64,000 nt of DNA from an uncultured virus (IMG/VR IMGVR_UViG_3300037245_004243) (taxonomy: Duplodnaviria > Heunggongvirae > Uroviricota > Caudoviricetes), in the IMG/VR virus record IMGVR_UViG_3300037245_004243, positions 1 to 64,000 of that record. The stretch is one strand, 5' to 3'. A program made the translations under genes and the position numbers. The stretch's first letter is position 1, and each line of letters begins with the position of its first letter. The notes under the pieces are model-generated. The model did no database searches. It was given only the letters and a program-made list of their open reading frames with translations, and was not told the origin of the DNA. This document shows positions 29,294 to 39,755 of the stretch, one piece after another.

Positions 29294-30186
29294 AATTATG
29301 AGTCACTGGGTAAAATTATTAATCGTTTTCGCATTTATAATGTGCTTTATGTTCTATCTAAACAGCGCCAGCGCACAATCTGAAAAATGTATACCAGTCG
29401 CCGACAAATTGGGTATGAGTTTCAGAGAGGCCAAGGTAAAACGGATTATCGATGGCGTCCGCGATCCCGGTCAAATTATACCGTATAAAAAAGCCTGGGG
29501 TATTACCCAATGGACCGTGCCGATAAATGGCAATGAGCTTGTTCTCGAATTTGAGCCAAACAAGCCGAGTGATATGCGTAAAATATTGATTTCTATCAAC
29601 CAAATCTGCAACTGAAGGGATTATAGTAATGGCGCAACAATTACAACAATTATTTAGCTTAAATAATTTACGAAAGATGTCTATTCTTTCTGATTTCAGG
29701 GATGTATCTATTCCCTGCCAAGTTATCAACAGCAAATCACCATCACCTCGGTTAGGCCAGTATATCGGAAGTATATGTCTGGAAGGACAAGCCGGGCAAA
29801 AATGGGCAATTGTATTGATGAGCGGATGCTCGACTCCGGTATTATTCGATGAGACCGAGGTAGAAGTTCTGGAATTAAAATGGTCAAAAATCGAAAGTCT
29901 TAAATGATGATATTATCTATGCTGATATTATATATAATTTTAGGTATATTTTTTAACAGTTTATTGGGAGCAGTGGTATTATCATCATTGGATACCAAAG
30001 ATCAAAGGTACTATCAGTGGTATAATTCCTGTCCATTTCCGGGTATAGGCCATTTTATAATTTTATCTTTATGGCCGGTAGTTGCATATTTTATACAGAA
30101 AGAGAAAAATAAAGCTAAATTTTAGTTGACAAACGCCCTACCAGGGCTTATAATGAATTATAAACACTTAAAAAGGAGAAATAATT

Positions 30187-31551
30187 ATGGAAACCGTTTA
30201 TTCGATAGTAAAACACCTGGAAGCAACGCCGGGCAAGAACGACAAACTCGCCTATCTCAAGGCAAACGCCAACGACGATATTAAAGAGTTTTTCTACCTC
30301 GCCCTCGAGCCGACCATTCTTTTCTGGATCAAGAAAATCCCCGCTTACACGCCGGATACCTATTCCCACACAATGTCATTTTTTGAGGCCACATATGAAT
30401 TGGTCAATGTGATAGCATCCCGTAAGCGCACCGGAGACGCCGCGCGAAACTTTGTCGCCGACCTTTTAAGCCAACTTACAGAAAACGACGCCAAAATGCT
30501 CGAGCGCATCATTTTAAAAGACGCCTCGGTTGGGATGTCGGCCAAAACCATCAATAAGGTATGGAAAGGGCTTTGCACGGAAAAACTGTATGACCGCTGC
30601 GCCGCCTTCAACGAGAAAAACCTGGCCATCATAAAATATCGCGCTCTGGTACAGCTAAAAGCGGACGGACTTTTCATCAACGTCATCCGCAAATCCACCG
30701 GGACAACCTTTTTGAGCCGGAATATGAAACCGATGGAATTCCACGGATACCTTGAGGAAGAAATTGCAGCCTTTAATATCCCGGGAGACGTCGACATGGT
30801 AATCCACGGGGAAGGCCTGGTAATGAATAAAACCGGCACCGGATTCGAGGATCGCAAAACCGGCAACGGTATCATTTCGAAGGCCATCAAGGGTACCATC
30901 AGCAAGGAAGAAGCCAGCCGGGTACATTTGAAAGTATGGGATATCATGCCGCTTGCCGACTGGAAAGCCAAAAAATGCATTTTCCCTTACGAGCAGCGCC
31001 TCCGGACCTTAGAAGCCGCCCTGCCGGTCAACAGCAAGGTAAAAATCATCGCTACCAAAGCGGTCAACAACCTGGACGAGGCATACGAATTTTTCAACAA
31101 AATGCTGGATAACGGCCAGGAAGGTTGCATCCTGAAAAACCTGGACGGTATCTGGAGAAACTCATCCTCCGGTAACAAAGATTGCGTAAAAATGAAAAAG
31201 AAAGATCCCGCTGACCTGCTTTGTGTTGGTACCATTCCCTTTGCCAAGAAAACGGTTATGCGAGGTAGCCAGGAAATTGATACAAGCAATTGGATCGGCG
31301 CCCTGATACTTGAAAGCTCGGATGGCTTTATCAAATGCAACGCCGGGTCTGGCCTGAACGACGAAATGAGGGAGATGCCGCCTTCCCATTATATCGGAGG
31401 CATTTTCGAGATAGAATACAACGAAATCATTTCATCAAAAACCAAAGCTACCATGAGCCTCTTCCTGCCCATCATAAAGGAACGCCGGGTCGACAAGGAC
31501 GAGGCCGATTCATATGAGCTGATTGTCGAACGCGCCAAGGGTAGAAAATAA
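30187..31551 (+). CDS. 30: ATP-dependent DNA ligase (gp30-like)
   Basis: QLKADG, HGE, VWD, EG.ILK, K.K and GSG motifs; C-terminal SLFLP. Confidence 0.95.
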   Translation: METVYSIVKHLEATPGKNDKLAYLKANANDDIKEFFYLALEPTILFWIKKIPAYTPDTYSHTMSFFEATYELVNVIASRKRTGDAARNFVADLLSQLTENDAKMLERIILKDASVGMSAKTINKVWKGLCTEKLYDRCAAFNEKNLAIIKYRALVQLKADGLFINVIRKSTGTTFLSRNMKPMEFHGYLEEEIAAFNIPGDVDMVIHGEGLVMNKTGTGFEDRKTGNGIISKAIKGTISKEEASRVHLKVWDIMPLADWKAKKCIFPYEQRLRTLEAALPVNSKVKIIATKAVNNLDEAYEFFNKMLDNGQEGCILKNLDGIWRNSSSGNKDCVKMKKKDPADLLCVGTIPFAKKTVMRGSQEIDTSNWIGALILESSDGFIKCNAGSGLNDEMREMPPSHYIGGIFEIEYNEIISSKTKATMSLFLPIIKERRVDKDEADSYELIVERAKGRK

Positions 31552-31603
31552 CCGGACACAAATGCGGACAATAAACCGGACATAATGTCCGTAAGGAGAA
31601 TTC

Positions 31604-32323
31604 ATGAGCAAACACCCACTTACATTAGAAAAAGAATATCTGAAAGATCTGGCCTCACAAATAATCGATTTGAAATTGAAGATTCGGACGGGATCGATAT
31701 CAAAGTTGCCATGCCTCGCTCCCGTGATAATATGTTATAGGCCACCGCGAGTCCTCAGCACCTGGCAGCGAGACCTGGCCAGGTTAAAATCAGATTACCG
31801 GCATCGCCATATGGCATATTGCTTGACTCGTCATAGTATTGCAAACCGATTTGATAAGAATATAAATGGACAAATTCCATCCTATGGGTCAGTTTTTCGC
31901 AAGGGACCAATTATATCCTGCCGCTCAAAATGCAAAATGAATTACCGGAGAATCAATGTACATCGCGGGATTTTGCTCACCGCAATTGCCAAATTTCAAT
32001 CCAATCAAATCGACAATCTCATAAAAGAAAACAATGGACTCAAACCCTGCATCGCCATTTTTAAACCCGAGTTCGGTGAAGAAAAGAAACTTCGGATCAA
32101 GGATTTTACCCCATGCACTAACGGGGATTTCATATGGGATTGCAAAAAAAACGGGACCATTTATAACGACCATTCGGAATGGTTTGCTCATGCCGGGGAT
32201 ATAGTAACCCTCGACAGGAAAGAGTATAATAAGATGCCAGATGATTTGAAAATGCCCCATAAAAATCCGATGGACCCGGTACATCAGGATGCCACCGATT
32301 TTATGATGGATTTTGAATTTTAG
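31604..32323 (+). CDS. Hypothetical protein, possibly a fusion of two small ORFs
   Basis: AAGGAG RBS; YRHRHMAYC motif. Confidence 0.55.
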   Translation: MSKHPLTLEKEYLKDLASQIIDLKLKIRTGSISKLPCLAPVIICYRPPRVLSTWQRDLARLKSDYRHRHMAYCLTRHSIANRFDKNINGQIPSYGSVFRKGPIISCRSKCKMNYRRINVHRGILLTAIAKFQSNQIDNLIKENNGLKPCIAIFKPEFGEEKKLRIKDFTPCTNGDFIWDCKKNGTIYNDHSEWFAHAGDIVTLDRKEYNKMPDDLKMPHKNPMDPVHQDATDFMMDFEF

Positions 32324-32390
32324 TTTGACAATACCGTAAACCCGATATATAATACAATTTTAAACCACACTTAAACAAGGAGACCTGATT

Positions 32391-33308
32391 ATGGAAGTAT
32401 TAGCAAACGGATTTAAAGCAAACTTTTGGGTACCAGTCGAGGAAGAGCCGGATATCGACCGGTTTATTGATGAACAAATCATGATCGATATGGACCGCTT
32501 TATATTGATCGGTATTCTGGAAAAGGTGTCGACCTGCAAAAAGAAAAACGAGGAAAAAGAGTTCGAATATTTCAAACAGATCACCGTGCAGGTTACCAAT
32601 GTCTGCCTCGCATCCGACAAGAATTTCAATATCCAGATCCCAGGCAAAAAGGATGAATTCCTGTATGAAGTCAAATTCCGCTATGCAAACTGCAAAGCCG
32701 ATCTTGAGCCTGAGCCTGAAGAGATATTCGAGGGAGGCGCCGATGAGGTCGCTTTCGATGTCGTCGTCCCTGTCCCTGCACATTTGCTGCCGGATGATGA
32801 ATTATCACCGGAAGACGACTATGAGGAAGAAGATATCGATGATGACGACCTTGACCGTGAACCAGTCGGGCCGGAAGACGCCGACTATCTTGCCGAACAG
32901 AATGCCGCCAATGCCGCCTCCAAGAAATCTGTCGAAGACTTGACAAAGGAAATCGAAGTCCTAAAAGCGGCGCCGGGGGATTACGAAAAACAAATTGCAA
33001 CATATGAACGTGCCATCAAAACAATGGAAGCAATGGATGCAATTGCCGACGACGACGATATTTCAGAATTGGAAGAGCAGAAAGACGCCGCCGACACCGA
33101 CGCAGCAATTTCCGAAGATGAAGTTGCCGACTATGAAAAATCGACCGCCGATGGTGCACGCCGGGAAGCCGAAGGGGTGGAATTCGGATACAACGATGAA
33201 ACCACACCGGAAGATGAGCCAGAGCCAGAGCCGGAAGAGAATCCTGACGACGACGGAATCGACGAGCCGGAAGAGAATCCTGACGACGACGGAATCGACT
33301 GGGGATAA
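32391..33308 (+). CDS. Highly acidic protein
   Basis: Own TTGACA-N17-TATAAT promoter and AAGGAG RBS; D/E-rich C-half. Confidence 0.8.
   Translation: MEVLANGFKANFWVPVEEEPDIDRFIDEQIMIDMDRFILIGILEKVSTCKKKNEEKEFEYFKQITVQVTNVCLASDKNFNIQIPGKKDEFLYEVKFRYANCKADLEPEPEEIFEGGADEVAFDVVVPVPAHLLPDDELSPEDDYEEEDIDDDDLDREPVGPEDADYLAEQNAANAASKKSVEDLTKEIEVLKAAPGDYEKQIATYERAIKTMEAMDAIADDDDISELEEQKDAADTDAAISEDEVADYEKSTADGARREAEGVEFGYNDETTPEDEPEPEPEENPDDDGIDEPEENPDDDGIDWG
33228..33299 (+). repeat. 36-bp tandem repeat x2 (EPEENPDDDGID)
   Basis: Exact in-frame duplication. Confidence 0.95.
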
Positions 33309-33317
33309 TAAATACTT

Positions 33318-33365
33318 TTGACGGTTTTCCTGCAATGTGCTAATATCACCACATTGCAGGAAAAC
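33318..33365 (+). promoter_or_regulatory. Promoter overlapping a perfect 16-bp inverted repeat
   Basis: TTGACG-N17-TAATAT; inverted repeat arms at 33324-33339 and 33350-33365. Confidence 0.7.
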
Positions 33366-33388
33366 GAAATAAATAAAGAAAAGGAGAA

Positions 33389-33895
33389 TTGAAAATGGAA
33401 TCATCGAAATACAGAAATGCAGTAAGAGGCGGCGGCATCAAAGTCGCCCTGGAAGATTGGACAGAACTTATCACAGAATCGGGCATGAAAGCTTTCTGGC
33501 CTTCCTGGGCATATGGCCAGTATATCAAAGAGAGCAACATCGCCGCGCAAGCAAAACGCGCTCGCCTTGGTAACCGGAAGATCGCCGATATCAAGGAAAA
33601 GGTCATCAACCGGCATGGCAAAAATGTCCGCATCCTTTTTAACCGAAAGAACGGGGCCATCATCCCAACAAAGGGTTTGAGCACCGCCAACGCCGCCCGG
33701 CTCGATAAAAGGAATAAACGTGCTGCCAAGCAGTGCCTATATTTTGCCGAGCGAAACCACCTGGAGGCGATTACCACCGCCCTGAAAATGCCGCGCGATA
33801 TACGCCGGACGCTCTGCCGTAAACTCAGATTGGCTTGGGGAACACTGACTTCCGGAGGGTACCGGGAAGCCGAGGCCATGATTCGGGAAGGATAA
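33389..33895 (+). CDS. Basic hypothetical protein
   Basis: AAGGAG RBS; R/K rich. Confidence 0.7.
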   Translation: MKMESSKYRNAVRGGGIKVALEDWTELITESGMKAFWPSWAYGQYIKESNIAAQAKRARLGNRKIADIKEKVINRHGKNVRILFNRKNGAIIPTKGLSTANAARLDKRNKRAAKQCLYFAERNHLEAITTALKMPRDIRRTLCRKLRLAWGTLTSGGYREAEAMIREG

Positions 33896-33896
33896 A

Positions 33897-34127
33897 ATGA
33901 ACATATCTAAAGCGATATTTGCCAAAATGGAGTCTGGCCACGGGCTAATAGAAGTAATCTGCGATCTGGTCGAGGGATCGGACGAGATAGATTATGAAGA
34001 TGTGGCCGACGTCATAAAGGAAAACCCAACTATGATGGATCTCCTGGAACACGAATTTAAAACCAGGAAAATGATCAATCCCGACGCCGAGGACATAAAT
34101 TTAACAGAGATTTTCAAAGGATTATAA
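33897..34127 (+). CDS. 33: Late transcription co-activator (gp33-like)
   Basis: IE.I......IDYEDVA..I....L..E....MI pattern, size, and position upstream of gp59 and gp32. Confidence 0.65.
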   Translation: MNISKAIFAKMESGHGLIEVICDLVEGSDEIDYEDVADVIKENPTMMDLLEHEFKTRKMINPDAEDINLTEIFKGL

Positions 34128-34776
34128 TATGACACCAATACAAATCGAACAAATCGGTAGAATGGAGGCACTTAAAAATTGTGATATGTGCGCCAGAAAA
34201 TTAGCACATCTCCATTTTTATGTCGAGGGCAAAACCAAGAAATTTAAAACTTTCGAGGACTGCCTTGCCCATACCAAATCAGAAATGACTGATTGGGCCG
34301 AGACATGTGCCGATGGATTTCCACAAGAATTTCATTCTTTCAACGGAGGGAAATCCAAATCAGAATTTTTGGCAGAAGACGCTGTCCGCGCCGCCGCCGA
34401 AGGGGTATGGGAAAAAGACAGCTATCCTTTGGCCGCACAAACCGTCAGTTGCATTTCTTTAGATGATGACCATATCATCGAGCTATGCCGCGATGAAAAT
34501 TTCAAAGGATTTATAAAAACATGCCTAAAATAACAAAATCATATTGTGATATCTGCGGAGATGAGACCGATGGTTGCACAGAAATAGATATCCATGCCGG
34601 GGAAGCCAGCACCATCTCGGTCGAACATACCATCTCGATCAATTTAAAAGTGGAACGGCACGGGCCAGTTAATTCGATTTCTGAGCCAGTTGGTTTAATG
34701 CCAAGTGACGAAATCTGCATTAACTGCTATTATACCATATTATATAATCATATAAAAGGAAGAGCCGGATAGAAAA

Positions 34777-35463
34777 ATGAAAAAAATTCATGATTTCACA
34801 GGATTCCATGCATATTGGATTTATGTGACCGTCAAAAGTATCCATTTCGGTACTAAGAAATTTGATATCATGCACCAGCGCCTCCCAAAAAAGGAACGGT
34901 TTCTTAAAAGCTGGAACGAGGGCCGGAAAGACCGCGACGGGATGATGTTCCTTAAAGTTATGGAGCGCATACCGGCAAGGAAGATGGATTATATTCGATG
35001 TTTCGCCGCATACTATATGAAAAATCCTTCATTCCATGTAAGCGATATCATGAACGATGACTTCCAGACGCACAAAGGAAACGAACTGGAATTAAACGAT
35101 ATCCTGGCCACGGTAAAATCAGATTATTTGACTGCCCTCCTATACTGCAATGAAAAAGGTATCCAGCCAGAAGATATGTTTTATGGCCGGGACAACGGTT
35201 ATTTGATATATCCGGTTATTTATCGTCTATATGATATCGGCAAAGTAAGTGTCAATTCGATGATCGCCTTTCATGAGGTATTTAATATCGGAGCAAAAAT
35301 CTGTGTCAACCACGAGACCAATATAGTCGATCTCGAAAGAGCTAAAGAATACCGCCTCATTTTTGACAAATATTCTCCTATCGTGTATAATTACTTTGAA
35401 GGTATTGCATGGAAAAAGGAAATTCAAGATTACCACCATTACATAATGAAATACGGGAGATGA
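34777..35463 (+). CDS. 59: Helicase loader (gp59-like)
   Basis: TGF.AY..Y...K..HF....FD N-terminus; synteny with gp33 and gp32. Confidence 0.7.
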   Translation: MKKIHDFTGFHAYWIYVTVKSIHFGTKKFDIMHQRLPKKERFLKSWNEGRKDRDGMMFLKVMERIPARKMDYIRCFAAYYMKNPSFHVSDIMNDDFQTHKGNELELNDILATVKSDYLTALLYCNEKGIQPEDMFYGRDNGYLIYPVIYRLYDIGKVSVNSMIAFHEVFNIGAKICVNHETNIVDLERAKEYRLIFDKYSPIVYNYFEGIAWKKEIQDYHHYIMKYGR

Positions 35464-36337
35464 AAATGTCGGAGCGAAAAATAATGTCAAGTAAAGATCG
35501 AATTGATACCATTAAGGTGATATGGGCAACATATTGTGACGTTATACTGGACGGGTATGCCTGTCAAATCGATGAAATATTAGAGGAGCAGGGATGCAGC
35601 TCATGCGCCATCAAAACCATCACGGATAAAATGAGGGCTTTCCGGCACGAATTCTATGCTGAAAAATGCCCGGCCACTATCGCTCAGCGAGTAAGGAGAA
35701 TCCTGCAAGTAAGGAGAATCCATGCTGAAAGATATTAAAAATATATTACTTTCCGATGATGATATCGATAGAAAGGCCAAGCGGATAGAATTATTATTTA
35801 AAACTGTTTTAAGGCAGGAGAGGCTTAAAGCGGATTATTTAAAAATGAGATATGAGAAAGGATTGTGTAATTATGAAAGAACACTTTGAAAAACAATTAA
35901 CAATAGTGAAAACTTGTGATGGGGAAATGATAGATTCCCTGAAGGGCTGCTCGATCTATGGGGCATATGGGATTGGCGACAAAGTTCTTTTCTTTCTGGA
36001 GCAATCGGATATCGACGACTCCGGCTCGGACAAGCCTTCGATTAGCTTTTCCATGAAAACGGTTACTGAGCGAGAACTACCTGAGCTGGATAAAGAATAT
36101 GAATTTATCAGAATGGGAGGAACGACGCCAGGGAAAATACCAGTGCTCAAAAAGAAAGTGCTGCCATCGAAATGGTGGGATAATTTCTTCACAAATTTTT
36201 CTGGATTTTCCATTTTTCCGATGTGACAGAACGGTAAGTAATGTGGTATGATTGTTGCATACATTCGAAGAGGGACTATTTTGGTCCCGCGCAATTAGGC
36301 CGAAAGGCACACTAACCATTAAGAAGGAGATTATTGC

Positions 36338-37408
36338 ATGGATTTTAAAAGTTTCAAAAAAGGCAGAGGCAAATTAGAAAAATCGGTTTCAAAAATGAAG
36401 GACCAGAATCCGAAATTCAAAAAGGACGAACGTTTCTGGTTACCCACAAAGGATGATGCCGGTTCATCCAACGCACTTATCCGCCTCTTGCCGCAGCCCG
36501 ACATCGAGAAGCCGCCGACGATTTCATTTTTCCAGCACGGTTTCAAGCAAAAGGGCAAATGGTTCATTGACAACTGCCCATCAACTTTTGCCAATCCCTG
36601 CCCGGTATGTGAACACATTCAACCGTATTGGGATGAGGACACCGATGACAGCCACAATTATGCTCGCCGGTATTCCCGCACAAAGCAATTTATCGCCAAT
36701 ATTCTCGTCATCAACGACCTGAATAAACCGGCCAACAACGGCAAAGTCTTCCTTTTCAAATTCGGAATAAAGATTTACGAGAAAATTGAAGAGAAAATCT
36801 TCCCCGAAAGCGAGATTGATGAGCCGGTCCAGATTTTCGACCCTTGGGAAGGTTGCGCATTCAAACTCAAACTTCGGCAGAAATCAAAGCGCAACAATTA
36901 TGACAACTCAGAATTCGTCACCGACAAATGTGGCCCGGTTGCAGATGACAAAGGCCTGGAAGTTATTTTTAACCAGATGATCGATCTCGATGAATTCTTG
37001 GCCGATGACAAGTTTCCGAAGTATGAGAAAATGGCCAAAAAGTTTAATCGCATCATGAAAATCAAAGACGGGAATACCACCGCACCGCCTCCCGCCGATG
37101 ATAAAGGGGATGAACTCCTGGACGAATTTTCCGATGGACCGGAGAATGCCAGCCAGCAAAAAGAGGCCGATGAGAAAGCCGGGCAAAAGCCCAACGATGT
37201 CCCCGCATCTGATGCCAAAAATGAAGCCGCTGATGATGATTTCAGCTTTGAAGACGAGCCCGAGCCCGATGCATCCGCTGCACCTGCAGAAAAGCAGGAA
37301 GCCGCTGATGCCGCGCCGCCGCCCGAAACCAAATCAGAACCCACCAAGGATTCGGGTGATGATTTTAATTTCGATGACGATGATCCAGATTTTAACTTTG
37401 ATGATTAA
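36338..37408 (+). CDS. 32: Single-stranded DNA-binding protein (gp32)
   Basis: DERFW, IR.LP, HGF...GKWFI.NC......CPVC, FKFG.KI and NYD.SEF motifs; acidic tail. Confidence 0.96.
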   Translation: MDFKSFKKGRGKLEKSVSKMKDQNPKFKKDERFWLPTKDDAGSSNALIRLLPQPDIEKPPTISFFQHGFKQKGKWFIDNCPSTFANPCPVCEHIQPYWDEDTDDSHNYARRYSRTKQFIANILVINDLNKPANNGKVFLFKFGIKIYEKIEEKIFPESEIDEPVQIFDPWEGCAFKLKLRQKSKRNNYDNSEFVTDKCGPVADDKGLEVIFNQMIDLDEFLADDKFPKYEKMAKKFNRIMKIKDGNTTAPPPADDKGDELLDEFSDGPENASQQKEADEKAGQKPNDVPASDAKNEAADDDFSFEDEPEPDASAAPAEKQEAADAAPPPETKSEPTKDSGDDFNFDDDDPDFNFDD

Positions 37409-37452
37409 CCTTTTAACCTGCGGCATGACGGGTATGACCGCCGCAACGAAAT

Positions 37453-37567
37453 GGAGCTGATTGCCGGGTAATATTTAATGTATGGGTAGACTCAAGCTGG
37501 CCAAGCGCAAAGCCGTTAAACGTTCGATCCCAACGATGACGCTTCGAGTCACCCGGCATTCACCTCC
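37453..37567 (+). ncRNA. Candidate structured ncRNA with tRNA-like internal loops
   Basis: Long closing stem GGAGCTGATTGCCGGGT/ACCCGGCATTCACCTCC followed by a T tract; inner stem GACTCAAGC/GCTTCGAGTC. Confidence 0.55.
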
Positions 37568-37676
37568 TTTTTTCACCGAGGACGCACGATAGCGTTCAAC
37601 GTTCACGGAGTCACAGCCGAGATGAAACAGACCCTGCTTGACTTAAACAAGCAGGAATGGTTAGCATCCGGTTATA

Positions 37677-37708
37677 GGGGAGGAGGCAATTTCGCTCCTC
37701 CCTTTTTT
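37677..37708 (+). terminator. Intrinsic terminator
   Basis: GGGAGGAG/CTCCTCCC hairpin followed by T6. Confidence 0.8.
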
Positions 37709-37741
37709 AATTAACCAGGGGGAAATAAAGGATTTATTAGC

Positions 37742-38128
37742 ATGAAATTTTTAAAAGCATTAATTTTTATGATCGTTTTCTTTTTTGCCGCGACGAGTGT
37801 CTATGCCGTTGATTTGGCCTGGGATGTTAACTCGGATAATCCCATCGGATATACGCTTTATTTTAACGAAAAAGCTGATACCGACACGCCTTACAATCTT
37901 GACCCCATATTACATCCAACCGCGACGGCATCAATTCCTAATGATCGATTCGTGCCCGGCAAAGTTTATGTGTTTTGGGTCACCGCCTATAATGCAGAAG
38001 ACGAATCGGCGCCGTCAAATTTGGTCGAATGGACCGCGCCTCTTTTGTACTTGCCACCATCGGAAAATCTGCCGACGATCCATATACCTGCACCACCGGA
38101 AATTCCGTCATCGATGATGGCTATTTAA
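37742..38128 (+). CDS. Secreted fibronectin type III domain protein
   Basis: Sec signal peptide; LAWD....GY.LY and Y.F.VTAYN...ES.PSN motifs. Confidence 0.85.
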   Translation: MKFLKALIFMIVFFFAATSVYAVDLAWDVNSDNPIGYTLYFNEKADTDTPYNLDPILHPTATASIPNDRFVPGKVYVFWVTAYNAEDESAPSNLVEWTAPLLYLPPSENLPTIHIPAPPEIPSSMMAI

Positions 38129-38140
38129 AAACATAACGGA

Positions 38141-38176
38141 AAAAATGCACGATCCCATTCTTGATGGGATCGTGCA
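38141..38176 (-). terminator. Terminator for minus-strand (late) transcripts
   Basis: Perfect 13-bp stem TGCACGATCCCAT/ATGGGATCGTGCA with a T tract on the - strand. Confidence 0.65.
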
Positions 38177-38190
38177 GAAAGTATGTTATT

Positions 38191-38682
38191 ATGTCGCAAC
38201 AGAAACTAACTGAAAAATCCATCCAGAGCTTATTATTTGATTTTTATAATAAACTCGGTCATAAACTCATCGCGCCCAACATTTATTTGCATTATTCCGA
38301 AGCAGATTTAATCACCGTGCAGACCTCCGGTTATGTCAACGAAATAGAAATAAAAATAACTAAGGCCGATTTCAAAGGCGACTTCAAAAAGCGCAAACAC
38401 AAATATATGACCGAATCGCACAATGGTTATATGCGAAAAGTTAATTTCGATCTCCCCAATTATTTCTGGTTCGCATTCCCGCAGTCATTAATGTCTAAAA
38501 TTGATTTTGATATTCCGGATTATTATGGGCTGATTACTATCGAAGATCTCGGACTTGATTGCTATCTACCGTGCATTTATCGCCGGGCCAAGATGATGCA
38601 TAAGAAAAAGGTCACCAATAAACAGATCAGGCAGATTGCTCGCTCAATGATGTTTAAAATGTGGAGGGGATTAAAATGTTGA
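38191..38682 (+). CDS. PD-(D/E)xK nuclease (MmcB-like)
   Basis: EADL......EIEIKI.KADF..D..K and PNYFWF..P motifs. Confidence 0.75.
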   Translation: MSQQKLTEKSIQSLLFDFYNKLGHKLIAPNIYLHYSEADLITVQTSGYVNEIEIKITKADFKGDFKKRKHKYMTESHNGYMRKVNFDLPNYFWFAFPQSLMSKIDFDIPDYYGLITIEDLGLDCYLPCIYRRAKMMHKKKVTNKQIRQIARSMMFKMWRGLKC

Positions 38683-38818
38683 CTTGCCCAAATTGTAACA
38701 CTTATAGCGTGCCGGGGGATATGGTATGCATAAATTGCAATCAGAGATGGAAAATTTTAGAAGAGGAGCCGTTTTGGACAATATCTGCCTTCATTACTAC
38801 CAATTTTTGGTTATTCTA

Positions 38819-39109
38819 TTATGGCATCCTCGGGGCCGTAATCGGGGCAGTGTGCTTACTTTGAATCATGTCGGCAACCCGATTCAATGTGAAAAAGAAG
38901 CCGACACCGTAGAGAACAAGCGTAATGATTCCAATTATAAACGGTAGTTTGATCTTTTGCCATTTATCTATTGCATCCAGTCGGCCAATAACCTTTTTAA
39001 TATCAGAACTCACGGCCTCAATGTTTAAAGAGCGCCGCAATTCAGAAATCGCAGTGGTATTGGTATGGACCGCCTTGAGCAGCTCCATTAAAAATTGGTC
39101 AGTATCCAT
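38819..39109 (-). CDS. Coiled-coil + single TM protein (holin-like)
   Basis: Lies at the end of the late operon; hydrophobic segment LPFIIGIITLVLYGVGFFF. Confidence 0.5.
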   Translation of the reverse strand: MDTDQFLMELLKAVHTNTTAISELRRSLNIEAVSSDIKKVIGRLDAIDKWQKIKLPFIIGIITLVLYGVGFFFTLNRVADMIQSKHTAPITAPRMP

Positions 39110-39251
39110 TTAAACCTTTGAAGTAACGACGACGATGGTGGATGTCGTAATTCCCATTCTTATCTGTAGTTTTTTGATTTTTTCCATCTCATCCTTTTGA
39201 TCACTAATTATATTTTTCAAAAATTCCACAAAAGACGGACGGATATCAGTT

Positions 39252-39755
39252 TTAATCACTTGTTCCATCATTATTATTCTCTTTCGCAGCTTTTGCCGCC
39301 GCGACTACCTCAGAGACAGTAGTCTTGACCTTATCTTTTCGATCAGCCTCAGAACCTGATTCATCATCCCCACCATCGAGTGGAGTTTCTGCTGGCTTCC
39401 CAATCAGCTTGGTCGTTTTAAAATCCTTATGGATTTTTATTAAATCGCGATTATTTTCGGATATGACCTTGACCAGTTTGACACAAGCATCCGCCACCAG
39501 AGGATTCCGCTCATACAGCAAATTTCCCGCAATCATATTAAGAATTTTCTTGGATGCATGAACGCAAAAATGAGCATTGCGCCGCGCCGCTTTATAATCA
39601 TAGACCATATCGTTTTCACGATTATCTTCATCGAATGGAATGCTTGAATCATCCCAGTCGTCAAATAAATCTTGACTTTCGTCTATTTCCAATTTTTGCT
39701 CTATTCCGGGCTTTTGATCCCAGGGAGCTTTTTCAGGTTTTATTATATCAGCCAT
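39252..39755 (-). CDS. 16: Terminase small subunit (gp16-like)
   Basis: DY..AR.N.H...P......L.......LI.IHK pattern. Confidence 0.7.
   Translation of the reverse strand: MADIIKPEKAPWDQKPGIEQKLEIDESQDLFDDWDDSSIPFDEDNRENDMVYDYKAARRNAHFCVHASKKILNMIAGNLLYERNPLVADACVKLVKVISENNRDLIKIHKDFKTTKLIGKPAETPLDGGDDESGSEADRKDKVKTTVSEVVAAAKAAKENNNDGTSD

Noticed and set aside
35680-35711. AGTAAGGAGAATCC duplication
   Set aside because: A local duplication of an RBS region, too short to interpret.
37486-37520. GEMM-like GGTAGAC...GCGCAAAGCC
   Set aside because: No tetraloop/receptor architecture, and a different long-range fold fits better.
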